A stretch of 64,000 nt of DNA from Antedon mediterranea (GCF_964355755.1 NC_092670.1:41032388-41096387); one strand, 5' to 3'; shown: positions 1 through 13,045, numbered from the stretch's first letter. The notes: generated by a model not told the origin, from the letters alone. Numbers and translations: made by a program.

Positions 1-3000
1 CAGATCAAGAGTATCATGGCAATTGAATGTTGAGATAAAACGACATACATGATAATGGTTAAGAGTTAATCATTTGGAATATTATACTTTTTCTTTTGTC
101 ATATGTGCTAGTTTCTTGTTTTTGATTATGTTTTTATAAATTTATTTTATATAGGCTTTACTTACAGTAATATAAAATGTATTATTACACGACCATGAAT
201 ATTAGGATCCATTAAATTAGGTTCCTGCTCGGAAAACTGTTTCATTACATGATTTGAATTTCTAATAAAGATCAGAATTTAACAGTGTAGCGTGTTGACC
301 GCGAATGACTAACAATACTATCTTCCCAATTACACCTGCATAAACTCATTTGCATAAAAACGCACGGCATATTAACATGTTTAAAATAGAGTCTTCAGTA
401 GCCCCACGATGCTTGGGGCTGAGCAAAGACAATTTTGAAAAATAGAGCTGCAAGGTTCCCGCTCGAAAGATGGCCCTTTACATGATTCGAAATTATATGA
501 AACAAATTATATAAGACTTACCAAGACAATTTTTAAAAATAGAGCTCGTAGGTCCCCTTAAAGTCCAGCTATTTATTGAAAGTCTCCAGTACTAGCCCAT
601 TTTTTAGTACTTTTGGCTTCTTTTCAACGGATAGTCTTCTTTTCCACATGGGGCTCTTTTCGAGATTACTTTTGCAAACTAAAGGAGGGGAGCTGCTAGG
701 TTCCCGCCCGGAAAATTGTTTCTTTACATAATTTAAATTTCTAATAAAAATATGTCTATTTATGAAGTAATGATGAATTACTAATACACGTATAAACAGA
801 CTATTATCATGGTTATTCATGGGTTCTTTTCGAGATTACTAAAAATCTAAGGGGTTAGATCTTCAGTTATATAACCAAATGACAATGGTGAAGTGATCAT
901 GGCGGGAGTTCAAAAGAGCGATAGTTGCTAATGTAAATCGGCAATAATTATGTTTACTCATTAATCTACAAAAAAGATTAGAAAGAGACTTTGTACTAGG
1001 GCAAAACATGCAAACACATTGATGATTAGCAATAACCCCAAATCAGCGACGAAACGAATACTAGGCCTATTGTTTAATGAATATCATTTCATATTTTTCA
1101 CCCTTCACGAAACTCTAAAAGAAATTGAAGAAAACAGGTGAATTTACTGAAAAATAGTAAGTTTATATTTATTTTTAGAATGTATAAATTGTAAAATATA
1201 TTACGTGGTTAGTACATGGTCGTTCATATTTGTTTGTATATGAAAAAGGTCATATACATGGCTGCAGTCGCGTGCGCAAATTTAAGTTAGTGTTTACCGA
1301 CAGACCGACCGACATAGTGAGCTTTAGAGAGTAAAAATGTTGTAATTCTATAGTGTATATTGTCCATATATCCGGTAATTTAATAAACTTAATGCAGTTT
1401 CTTTGTAAAATTTAAGAAGAGTGTTAATGTTGTTTCGTAACCATCCCTTTAAAATTACATTAGTGCCAAAAGGAGCGTCATATATGTAATATTGATTTTC
1501 TAAAGTTTGTTGGTCACCAGCAACTCGTAAAAAGCAATGACAAATTGTATGCCCATTTTAAGAGTCACACTTTCTTAGTCTGTAATCTGATATTTATAAA
1601 TCTCTAAGGTCTAATGCATTGATAAACACAGTGAGCAAGCACTATTGAAAAAGTGCTAATTTCAGCAATCCAGCAGCACCATTATTTGGAAACTTTACTC
1701 ACATTTAGCTTCACCAGAGATATTATATTACTATTATTATTATAAATATTATTATTATTATTATTTAATAGTTGTCCCAGGCTTCATAATATACCAAAAA
1801 AAAACCAATTACATGATTTTGAAAGATTACGATGTTGATGGTTGGTTGGTAGAATATTATTATCTGTTCGTCTTTTCTGACTTGCTGTATTTAAATTAAT
1901 AGAATGGATCCAGCAATAATTATTGATCAAGCAATAAAAGCAGCCATCGCAGTAGCATATAAGATTCTTGATGACATAACGGATTACCATCACGAAGATG
2001 AAAACATGATTGCGTGGTGGAACGACTGGGAAGCAAGAGATCAGAGAGCAATTTTCGAGAAGACGTACAACAATGGAAGGTTCTCTAGAGTAAGGCGAAC
2101 CTTAGGCATTCCCAATGGAAAATGGTATTGCTGCTTCAAACAAAACTTTCTGCTCTCAAAGAATCAGGCTTTGGATAAATGATTCCCATTTGCAGTAGGC
2201 CTAGAAGATTAAAAAAAAAATCTATTAACAGTTAACTTTTTTCAACGAGTGCTGATAGTGGCTTCTCCAATATAAAGTCAGGTTTAGTTTAGCAAATATA
2301 ATGATCTGTAATTATAAATAATAGTGAATGATAATGCATATTAATTGCTTATTGATAATAAGTGGCAAGAGTTATAATGAAAAAGAAAAAATAAAAATAT
2401 TTGTTTGTTTGGAAATTTTTATTTCAGTATTATTGTGAAAGTTTTTCAGGGAAGCGGTTAAATGACAATACTGTTTCTTTGTTGATTTGTTAAAATAAAA
2501 TTGATTATTACACAACCATGATTAGGATCAATTAAGTTGTTTGTTGTTCCGTCACAAATCAATGCAACATATTTATGAAATAAAAGATATTGATTGTAAT
2601 GAATCATTATTGATGTTAATATATTGATTGTGATAGATAATCTCTCTTTTCAAAGTTGGTATAATTAAATTGATTTTTATTGGATAATAAAAGATAAGCG
2701 GATTGTCTATTAAGGTTAATATTCATGAGTTGATATCCACTATGTAAAATTACCTACTAAAACAAAAAGCCTAGGCCCAAACAGAATATGAAAAACTAGA
2801 CGTAAAAAAGTTACTTTGTAAATAAAATAGTTTATTTATGTCTGTATAATATACATCTGTAGATAATAATCTGATTGTCTACCAACCAATCAACTTAAGT
2901 AGAAAAATACATTTTAAGTATAAAACATGATTTTAAGAACAACATCTCTGGTATCTCTGGTTAAGACACTGGTCTGCGCGTTTAAAGTACACAATTGTGT

Positions 3001-3314
3001 TTTTACAATCATCGTTGAAATATTAAAATAAATATTAAGTACAGTATATAAACCATAATAGTTTCATAGGTATTATTATCAAGCGAACTTTGACCCTTGT
3101 GCTTCTAAGCATACCACAAACAATAAAAAAATACTAAAGAATGGTGTTTATACTAAAGCTTGGTTCCTATTAAATTGCGATGTAAGGCTTATCTGTATCA
3201 AAAGTGTATTGACCAATCATGAGGGAGCAACGGCCATTCATAAAATGTAACCAACTAGACAATAATACATAACATAATACACCAAATATTCCATTCTAAC
3301 CAAACACTATTCTA

Positions 3315-3563
3315 CTGACATTTACCCCAATCATACCCTATTCAACTGACAATTACCCCAATCATACCCTATTCAACTGACAATTACCTTAATCATACCC
3401 TATTCAACTGACAATTACCCCAATCATACCCTATTCAACTGACAATTACCCCAATCATACCCTATTCAACTGACAATTACCCCAATCATACCCTATTCAA
3501 CTGACAATTACCCCAATCATACCCTATTCCACTGACAATTACCCCAATCATACCCTATTCAAC
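3315..3563. repeat. 31-bp minisatellite x~8
   Basis: Unit ctgacaattaccccaatcataccctattcaa. Confidence 0.9.
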
Positions 3564-4574
3564 CGAATTGGCATCACTTACTATTCAACCCATTATAAAC
3601 TCTAACCAATTCTACCATGGAGGAATTATATATATTTCCTCCATGATTCTACCAACCTCTTTTTTCCAATCAACCCATATCATATCATTTTAGTAAGCAA
3701 AACAAAGTTAAACTAGAAAGAGCAGCAGTTTGTTTAAAGTAAAGCTCATCTTTTTTTTTCTATTCACTATAAAAAAACAAACATAAAATATCTAAAAAAA
3801 TATGGTATAATTCTAAAAAAAAATACTATAAAAATGTTAAAATATGATATGTAAATTGCAATACAAAAATTGTATTACAGATAGGTAGGTACTGTACCTT
3901 AATCTTTAGTATGTACTTAACCTTTGGATAAAATAGTTAATATGGTGTTTGCATATGAAACCATTTGACATGCTGGTGGGTAAGTCAGCTTTAAATAAGT
4001 TAAAAGGAATATCAAATTTTAAGTGAAAATTTGTTTTTTTAACCCTTAAAAATAGTAGGGCTACAAAACAATTTTATCTTTTTTTAAAAATTTGGTAATA
4101 AATTGATGGATATAATATTTATTATAAAATTGCATCCATATATAAACCTGCATATTGAGTAATTTTTTCTGCAATATCAGCAATAACGTACCTCACACTT
4201 AAGTTCTATCTACAGTTTTTAACTTAAAATTGATAATTCAATTGAAACTGTCAAAATGGTTATAATTTGGCATTATATTTTCCCTGATATTTTTTACCAT
4301 TTACCTTGGTAAAGTTTTGCTAAATTATTTGTAAAACATAGAATTCTGCTACTTCTTTGCGAAACAACGTTTTTAATTTAAAAATGTCTCTTTAAATTTT
4401 GTTGCTTCTTCATAAATGAAAACAAACTTTATTTATAAATTGTATATACATAATATACATTTAAACACACTGTATTATTAATTGAATATTTACATTTTGA
4501 TATATACAAGCCACAATGAATTCATAAATTATAAAATATCCCATACCCTTACATCAGTACACACCGACATGTCC

Positions 4575-4812
4575 AAGAACCTTGTTTGTCACAACCCATA
4601 AGTGACCAGGCAAACAAACATAAGTATAAGGTCTTAAGATCCTAGTTTGTCACATGTGTTAACCAATAAGAGACTAGGAAAACAAACTTAAGTAGTGTAA
4701 GGTCTTAAGATCCTAGTTTGTCACATGTGTTAACCAATAAGAGACTAGGAAAACAAACTTAAGTAGTGTAAGGTCTTAAGACCCTAGTTTGTCACATATT
4801 TTACCCAATAAG
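4575..4812. repeat. ~71-bp tandem repeat x~3.5
   Basis: aaggtcttaagatcctagtttgtcaca recurs at 4628, 4699 and 4770. Confidence 0.85.
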
Positions 4813-5084
4813 TGGCAGTTAAATTTATATTTAGGCAAGAAATTAATATTGATCTTTTTTTCTATTTTTGCTGCTTTTTGAATAACTTGGATCTAAGGTG
4901 TGAAGACCCTAGCCTGGCTGACATATTTTCTAGCAAGCAAATTACAAAATAGCTTAAAACACACTAATGTACTAAACTTGTGATATAAATGTTTATAACC
5001 CTAATACCTTTGTTACTGTCTTAAAACAAAACCAGTTAGAATACTAATTTAATTCTAAAATCCATCTTAAAGGATATTTATATT

Positions 5085-5237
5085 TTAAGCATCTTCACAC
5101 CCAGGCACTTCCATTTCGACCTCCTCTTTAATATCTAACGTTGAGGGCGACACCCAATGATCGTTGCTAGCGTTGAATATGCACTTGTATATAAAAGCGG
5201 CAAGGACACTACCACATACTGGTGCGACAATATACAC
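5085..5237 (-). CDS. Aquaporin (MIP family), coding exon 5 of 5 (TM6 and C-terminus, stop)
   Basis: ttgtag|GTG TAT ATT GTC GCA CCA... reads VYIVAPVCGSVLAAFIYKCIF...CEDA*. Matches the MIP TM6 pattern W(V/I)YxxxPxxGxxxAxxxY; 153 nt, phase 0. Confidence 0.88.
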   Translation of the reverse strand: MYIVAPVCGSVLAAFIYKCIFNASNDHWVSPSTLDIKEEVEMEVPGCEDA

Positions 5238-5468
5238 CTACAATATAAAGACAGTGTGTTATGTAGAGAATCTGAATGTAAGACACTATAATACTACAGA
5301 ATATTACCAGTATGAAAGCTTAGATTCCATAAGATATTTTCCAGTGATCAAGACTGTGATGGTTGTGTGGGAACCTTGCTTCAATGCACAAGTAAATTAA
5401 ATCATGAAGCTATCAAACAGTTTGTTGATATTTTATCTAGATATTTCAAAATTTCCTCTCATACTTAC

Positions 5469-5549
5469 CCAAATGTTCTTGAAATCACCAAGGAATACCA
5501 ATGGTCCCAAAATCCTAATTGGATTCATACTTGCTCCAGTAAATTTAAA
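5469..5549 (-). CDS. Aquaporin, coding exon 4 (loop E, second NPA-type motif = NPI)
   Basis: ttttag|TTT AAA TTT ACT GGA GCA AGT ATG AAT CCA ATT AGG...TGG|gtaagt reads FKFTGASMNPIRILGPLVFLGDFKNIW. 81 nt, the exon size typical of classical aquaporins here. Confidence 0.88.
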
Positions 5550-5666
5550 CTAAAATTTAAAAAAATCTTGTTTAGACAAAGGTACTTTAGAGTCTAAGGA
5601 GACTATAGCAGCTTGATTAAAGGTTAAAGTTCAACTGTATTTAACCATGGAAACTCAAACATTTTA

Positions 5667-5791
5667 AGCCATGTCTACACGGACAAAAAAAGTGTGATAT
5701 GGCAAATAGTGATATGCTTAAATATCACCATATCCATATATGGGCACATCACATTTTTTGTCACATAATGTTTAGTAGCGTAGACAATGCT
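5667..5791. mobile_element. MITE, probably PIF/Harbinger-like
   Basis: Imperfect TIRs agccatgtctacac / gcgtagacaatgct with tta on both sides. The core gtgatgtgcccatat/atatgggcacatcac is shared with copies at 12232, ~14301, 58836 and ~60237. Confidence 0.65.
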
Positions 5792-5923
5792 TTAATGGCT
5801 TTACTTTTACAATTTAGATAATGTTTAAGATGTACTATATTTATATTGATGTTTTTTTTATTCTTAAAAATGAAATGAAAGAGAATAGGTAGTTAATTTG
5901 ACAAGCCGGAATAGACTACTTAC

Positions 5924-6137
5924 GCCCCATAACGTGTTGAGAAGGAAGGCAAGACCGACAGACACAGCTGCTGATGGCCGATGACCCAACAGATTAGAAT
6001 CCTCCGTTGCCGCAACAAATGTAAACATTAAAATGAACGTCATTATTAATTCTAACGCAAACCCTTGAAAATTGTTGATAATACCGAGTTGAAGATCATT
6101 CATTGCCACGTTTGATTGTACCAAGTCAGGAAGACAC
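5924..6137 (-). CDS. Aquaporin, coding exon 3 (TM4-TM5)
   Basis: ttacag|G TGT CTT...TGG GGC|gtaagt. Contains QGFALELIMTFILMF (MIP TM4 ExxxTF motif); lies inside ORF 5864..6211; 214 nt, phases 2/0 fit the neighbours. Confidence 0.9.
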
Positions 6138-6708
6138 CTGTAAGAAATACCAACACATAGAATAACATTGAAGAGGAACGTAATTGAAGAGTTTTTAAAA
6201 AGGAGGGTCACAGTTGATCAAGATTTTGTAGTATTAGTTTAAGTTGGGAAGACACCTGCAAAGAAATATCTTTGTTATAAAGAATAATATTGACAACAAA
6301 GGTAATTGATGAGTTTTCAAAAATGAGGGTCTCATTTTGCAAATCTCATATATTATTTACCTGACACTTCAAACATTCCATGGTAATTTTCATATTTTTG
6401 AATTGAAATAGAATCAAAAGTTTTCTTTAAATTGGTTTTTAAGAACATTAGGAAGTCACCCTTGTCACCACCAATGTCATTGGTTACAGGTAGTGCTATT
6501 GTACTTATGGTTCAATGAACTAAATGATTCACTATGGACCTATTATCTGTTAAGATAGGTCCATGGATGCACTATGGTTTAGACTCTATTTAAGCAAAGA
6601 TGCTTGATGATGCATCTTGTGTATATGAATTCGCTTATGGTTATCATTGGCAATTTGCTATATAAAACACAAAAACAAAGCAGAGATAATATATTGATTG
6701 AAGCTTAC

Positions 6709-6871
6709 CCCTTTAGAAGAGCTGTTCCAGTAAGCGCTCCCACACCCTGTGCTACAATGTACACAATACCAGTTAACAGACTTATCCTCCTAGCTGTTAC
6801 CATGCCGATACTTACAGCAGGATTCATATGTGCTCCGCTTATCCTCTCAAAACAATGCATTAATGTTACAA
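6709..6871 (-). CDS. Aquaporin, coding exon 2 (first NPA motif, TM3)
   Basis: ttttag|TT GTA ACA... reads VVTLMHCFERISGAHMNPAVSIGMVTARRISLLTGIVYIVAQGVGALTGTALLKG|gtaagc. Carries the MIP signature SGxHxNPAV; 163 nt, phases 1/2. Confidence 0.92.
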
Positions 6872-8149
6872 CTAAAAAAAATATTAAAAAATTATTATTT
6901 AAATATACATTTTTGAAACATTAATTAAAGAAAAGGAAAGCCCTAAGCATTTTTGTATTTTTATACTGCTATATTGCCCCAAATTTGGATCAAAAGGAAA
7001 GTTACACTGAATTTAACTAAAAAAAAACAACTGTAAAAGAGAAAAATCAACTGAAAGCCCATTGTCTATAAGACAACAGGTTTTGGTTTTATGTATTTAT
7101 TATTAATTTAATTTAACAATATTTTGTCTTTTTATAAGTAAAATCATTATTCCCACACCCCCCAGTTTTTTTTTACAGAATGACCTATTTAAAATTTTAC
7201 TTATATTCACTTTCCATTTTTTGAATTTTTGTTTTCACTTTATTCAGTGGCAAATATTTACTACAAGAAAACTAACAATACAGCTTTCTTGAAAAATATG
7301 TTTACCAAAATACTGTAAACTGTTCATTCCTCTAAGCTTCCTTTTGGTTAATCTATAGCTTGTCTGATGGCATGATAACATGCACTTTTAAACATGAAGC
7401 AGACAATGGCTAACCCCCTAATCTATTCAACATTGAATTATTCAATACACACAGCCTTTTCCGGCGAATTGTTTGTTATACCTGTATTGTTAAAGCTACC
7501 GTACATTATGTACTCAATAATGGTTCTGATGACAAAGTTTTTTGTCTAATTTTGTTGTATGGAACTTCCTTTCTATTACAAAACAGCTAAAATTAACTAT
7601 AACGAATTACCTATCGCCTTATTTGGCATTATTTTATCGTTTAAAATCACCTAAATAGTACAATAACAATTGATTTATAATTTTATCTTTAAGATATCCT
7701 TCTAAAAATCTAACTGACAATGGATAATATTTTAATATCAAATCTAAAACTACTGGAGAAGAAACAGATTTCCAAACATTTAATGACAATGAAAATATTA
7801 AATCAAGTGTTAAAATTTAAACAATAGATTCTATAAGAGACAAAAGGAGCGGAAAGACGTGAAAGCTCTGACGACTGGTATACCATTCAGCGGTTTGACA
7901 ATAAGGAAACTATGAACGCACAATATAACTTGAATTCATTATTATTATTAACCAATTAAAGTTTATTTTTTCTGTTTGCAGCAATGAAAAACATTCCCAA
8001 ATCAAAAACAATCAAACAAGTGTAGTCTATTAGATCAACTGCTATAGTGTTCAGTATTAGACAGTAATATTTTTGTACTATCACAAAATTTGAAGTGATT
8101 TTGGTTTTTGACTATAAAAAGGACTTTAAAACTTGATTCAATTTTGTAT

Positions 8150-9603
8150 ACTAGATGGTACGGTCGCTTCGCTCGCGTACCATCTAGGTCGTGCCCACAG
8201 ATGGTTCTCGAATACATAATAATTTCAGCGTTAAAAAACTGGCGATTTCAAATGTACGTACCGCAGGACAATAATACATGTCGTTTACAGGAACGAATAA
8301 ATAGACACTGTGATTTATGTACTGAACTAAAATTAGCACCCTGGGAATTACTTCCGGAAAAAGAAACTTGTCACAAAATGAGACCAATTGTTTAAGTCAA
8401 ATTTAAACAAACTTAATTTGTGTTTTGTATGTAACATTAGGGTTGAGGGATGGGAAAGAGGATGGGTGCAAAGAGGAACAATTTTTAAATATATTTTTTA
8501 TCCATGTAGTAACGAAATATTAATTGTTTTCATGTTTTACAAATAATATACCACTAAACACAGTAAAACATTGCGATGTAATACTTTGTTGAAACTATCA
8601 CCGTCCTAGTCGATTGAAATAGTATAGTACATGTAACGATACATCACTACGACGTGTATAATATGTTTATATAATGTAAAACAATTTGTGAAAACCACCC
8701 CTATTCGTGGCAAATCATAAATTCGATTTAATCGTCAATAAATATTAAATCATCTAACTCAACTTAATTAGTAGGCCTAATGGTTTTCAATTGTTTCTTA
8801 GAGCCAATTCATACTTAAGTTGGTTCCTAACCCTACCCACCAAAGTTGTTCTGCGTTTAGGGCATGTGATGCACCGTAGGCCTATTCTCTACTGGCTTTA
8901 CAACGCTACTCATGCCAGTGAGGGAAGGGTGATGATGTCACGTGGGTGGTTTAACTGCAATAATAAAGATTTGTACATAATATACGACGACTGAAAACGC
9001 TAGCTCATTATCCGTTAAAAAAAATCTATATCCAACCTCTGCAGCACAGATTTAAAAAAAATGGATCGAATTTCTGTTATGAGTATACAGTACTTGCCTT
9101 TACGACGCCTGAGGGAATAGCCACTTGTGGAACAGAGATTGGAATGTTCCATTCATTTCAAATCAATACATTTGCATAAACATATATTAAATCTATCAAA
9201 ATAGTATTTTTTAAAGAAAATCGGCCTGTCTTCAACATTATGATACTGTACTCGAGCTGTTCAACCGGTTTTCAGCTATTAAAAACAATTATCGTAGGAG
9301 GAGATAGGAAAATGCGAAGCCTCCTCGCATTTTTGTGGCGGGTATTTTTCAAGATGGACATCCATTAGACAGTGTATACCACGATCGGAAAACACCCCTA
9401 TTTGGGGCAAATCGTTGAACCTTAATTCGTTTTAATCGTCAATAACTAATTATCTAACTTAATTTAATTAGTAAACAGGGTTACATCAGGTGGTTAAAAT
9501 CAGTACCGAAAGTACGAACCAACTTTATATACCATCGAGTAAAAATTCTAAAAGTAAGGCGCGATTTACCGAATTTTGCCCTTACGTAAATTTATATATA
9601 GAT
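8150..9603 (+). mobile_element. Putative non-autonomous rolling-circle (Helitron/Helentron-associated) element
   Basis: Begins ACTAG with hairpin ctagatggtacg...cgcttcgctcg...cgtaccatctag and ends tatatatagat. CpG-richer than the flanks, and interrupts a local tandem repeat (8085-8149 is similar to 9740-9801) at a T|T site with no evident TSD. Confidence 0.45.
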
Positions 9604-11860
9604 TAAAGGGTAAAGGATAAATATATATCCATTAAAGGGTAAAGGATAAATATATACCCATTAAAGGGTGATGGATATATATTTCAGTATTAGGCAATAA
9701 TCTTTTTATACAAGTACGTTCTGATGTTGAATTAAATTAACATTTTTAGTGATTTTGTTTTTTATTATAAAAAGGACTCTAAAACTTGATTCAATTTTGT
9801 ACAAAGTGTAATGTATAAATAAATATATATCCATTATATCAGTATTAGGCAGTAATCCTTTTGTACAAGTACGTTCTGATGTTGAATTAAATTTAAATTT
9901 TGAGTGATTCTAAAACTTGATTCATTTTTGTATTAAATAAATGGTATACAGTATGGATAAATATTTAAATGGTAAGCTTCAATGACATGGGTTAAAACCA
10001 AATAAAACTCTAAGATTTACAATTTTGTAATTCTGAGTCGAGAGATCTCTAAGAGAGTTTGAACATTGCAATAAATGTATCAAATTTAGCTGCATCCTGT
10101 TTTTATACAAGTTTCCTATTAATTAATATGATCTGCCTGGACGTGATACATTTATAATTTGATTTGTTGTTTTTTTTGTTTCATGCCTCAAAATGGCTTA
10201 AAGTCTGAAAATAAAAAGAATGGCGGGATTGAAAAATATAAAAGTGTACTATTATTTTAAATGGTTTTACAGTATCAGAAATGTATGGTTTGAATTAATA
10301 TAAGGAGTATTGTCTTAAGTTTTTAATTAACATGTTGTGAAGTTTGTGATGGCAAAAACATGCTAAAGATAAGTCACCTTAAGTAACCTTGGTTAAGCAC
10401 TTACTTATAATTAACAAAAGAAGGTGGAATTAATGAAAGTGCTTGTTTGAAAATAAAGCAGGCACTTTGAAACCACAAACTCAATTATATTATCAATTGA
10501 ACTTTTATCTCCCTACTCAATCAATTAAACAGATCATTTTCATATTTTTATGCATCAAAATTTATTTAATGAAATCAAAAAGTTAAGATAACCAATAAGA
10601 TAAGGTTTATAAAGCGTAGTTCAAGACACGGGCAACCCAATTAACACCGAATTAAAAATATCAAGAATCTTATTTTTATTGTTCAAACTTTTCATCTAAT
10701 TACTCAGCATATTTATTAAACAGATAAATAAATTCCATAACTTTTATGCTTTTAAATTGAATCCAATGATGAAATAAAAACAGTAAAAAAACCGACACAT
10801 TCAACCCAATTAACACCTTATTAAATATTGATATCAAATTTCTTTTTTTTCTTAGCAAAATTTCAAGAGCGGCAGCAACATGGTACAAATAGTGCAGTGT
10901 TTAACACCTATCAAGCTTAAACCAAAAACAATAAACTATTGTAATTGTTTAAAAAGCTTTCATTTTCAAACAGTATTGGTCATACAGTATCAGAGTAAAT
11001 TTACACAATTAAACTTGCCCCAGAATTTAGGAAATCTGAAGAAAAAGACATTTCTTGATATCTTATCCCGTATTTTATTGATTTTATTTAAGTCTCACAC
11101 TTAATTTGAAATATTAGAAGCAGCTGCAAGTTTATTTGATTTTAGGATTTCTCCAAGGGAACAATAAACATACAAAACCCACAATTCATTTCAATGCATT
11201 CTATTTGAGTAAGTTAAGAAACTCAATAGAGTTTTCATACAATACAAGTCATTTTCTATCAAACACACCTTGAACCTTTATTTTTAATGGCTCAAAATTA
11301 CCCCAACATTTTGGATGTGTTGAAAAAGTTGAATATACTGTATTCTATAATAAAAAAATTGTAAAAAAAACTGAAAGTCTTTTTAATAAATAAAGGTAGT
11401 TAATTAAAGCAAAAAGTGTATTAATTAATAGGACGTGTTACTGTAGGCTAAGAAACATTCTTTAAAGATTAAAGGTTATGGATTCTATTTTGGTTGGCTC
11501 TCTCTTTTAAATCTTTACTACATACAGTATCGGCAACACACAAAGTCTGACCAAATCTTTACTACATATCGGCAACACACAAAGTCTGACCATAATTTGA
11601 TTGAATTGCTAAACACTATTTTATACAAAATTGGCTCTATTCTATATACTGTACTTACTATAAATAAAATGCAGAGATGGCCATATAGTCTGAATTAGTA
11701 AATTTGCTTGTTTTTTAGTATTTTAATACAGAAAATCCTATTATCTTTGTAACCAGGGTGAAAATGATGTTGGACCAGGGGGGGGGGGACAAGTAAAAGA
11801 TACGGTGTCTTAGGGGTAGTAACTACATTTACCAAGTAGGCCTCATATTTACTATACAAA

Positions 11861-12031
11861 AGGACACAGGGGTATAGTGTACCAACTGGGCTAATTGTAG
11901 CATAGGACACAGGGGTATAGTGTACCAACTGGGCTGATTGTAGCATAGGACACAGGGGTATAGTGTACCAACTTGGCTGATTGTAGCATAGGACACAGGG
12001 GTATAGTGTACCAAGTGGGCTGATTGTAGCA
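11861..12031. repeat. 43-bp minisatellite x4
   Basis: Unit aggacacaggggtatagtgtaccaactgggctgattgtagcat. Confidence 0.9.
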
Positions 12032-12231
12032 GTAGAGCAAACAGTAATTGAATGGGTCAAGTCTACTGATCTTTGTAATTTAAATATAATGGAATCTCTA
12101 CAGTAGGAGTGGTGTACAGTAGCTGGATACTACAGTAATACCATGGAGTAAATTCTATACTCCATGGTAATACACTACTGTAAACTATAAATATTACTTG
12201 AACACTCTAACTTTGGAAATTTAATTTCTTA

Positions 12232-13045
12232 AGCTCTGTCTACACTATCAAACAAAATGACAACAAAATGAGATGTGCCCATATATGGACATGATGATGC
12301 CATATCACTACCATATTTGGGCATACCACTACCATACAGTATATGGGCACATCACACTTTTTTTGTTTGATAGTATCATATCATATCATATCATTTATTT
12401 CGCCAATATACAGAACAGAACAAAAAAACAATACAAAAGTAAGTCAATGAGGCCGGATAACCTAAAAGTTACAAATAAAAATAACCGTTGAGAGGCTCTC
12501 CACATCGAAATACTTACATAAAATGAATAATACATGGATTCTATTAAAATTTAGATAAAACTATAAAATTCAGCAATGTGTTTTTATAAAAAATTGTAAA
12601 TTTATAAAGATAGAATTAAGAAAATATCTTTAAAATATACATATGTTCAGATTAAAACAGATTGTTAAAATATTTCTTAAGGCTATGCTTAAAACAGTTT
12701 ATATTAATTAAAAGTTGGTCGCAGAGATCCGCAGGCAGATCTCTAAAATGTCTAACAAAAAAATTAAAGACAGAGTTATGAAATAAATCAGTCCGGGCTA
12801 TAAAATTATTGCGCAACTTAAGGTTATTAACATGTCTGCAATTAATAGATAAATATTTAAAAACATTAACATCATATAATTTGTACATACATTTGGTAAC
12901 AAAATTAATACATAAATACCTAATGCGATTGTTAATGGACATCAGATTAAGGAGTTTCAAACGTTCAGGGTAAGGGGGACTGGCTGATCTTGGGAAGCAT
13001 GTGCGGGTGACCCTCCTTTGGACAGCTTCAAGTGTAGACAGAGCT
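12232..13045. mobile_element. Same MITE family, split by a nested LINE fragment
   Basis: Left TIR agctctgtctacactatcaaac at 12232. The right TIR is broken into gtttgatagt (12365-12374) and agtgtagacagagct (13031-13045). Confidence 0.75.
12375..13030 (-). mobile_element. 5'-truncated non-LTR retrotransposon (CR1/L2-group) 3' end
   Basis: The minus strand reads EAVQRRVTRTCFPRSASPPYPERLKLLNLMSINNR...FRDLPADL...FKHSLKKYF*, resembling the post-RT C-terminus of CR1/L2 ORF2 (LExVQRRxTR...YxERLxxLxL...NxLP...FKxxL). It ends in an (ATGAT)n tail. Confidence 0.75.

Noticed and set aside
11695-12060. Repetitive Cys/Tyr-rich ORFs (also 43048-43312, 46785-47075, 57875-58228)
   Set aside because: Translations of minisatellites lying in introns or intergenic DNA.
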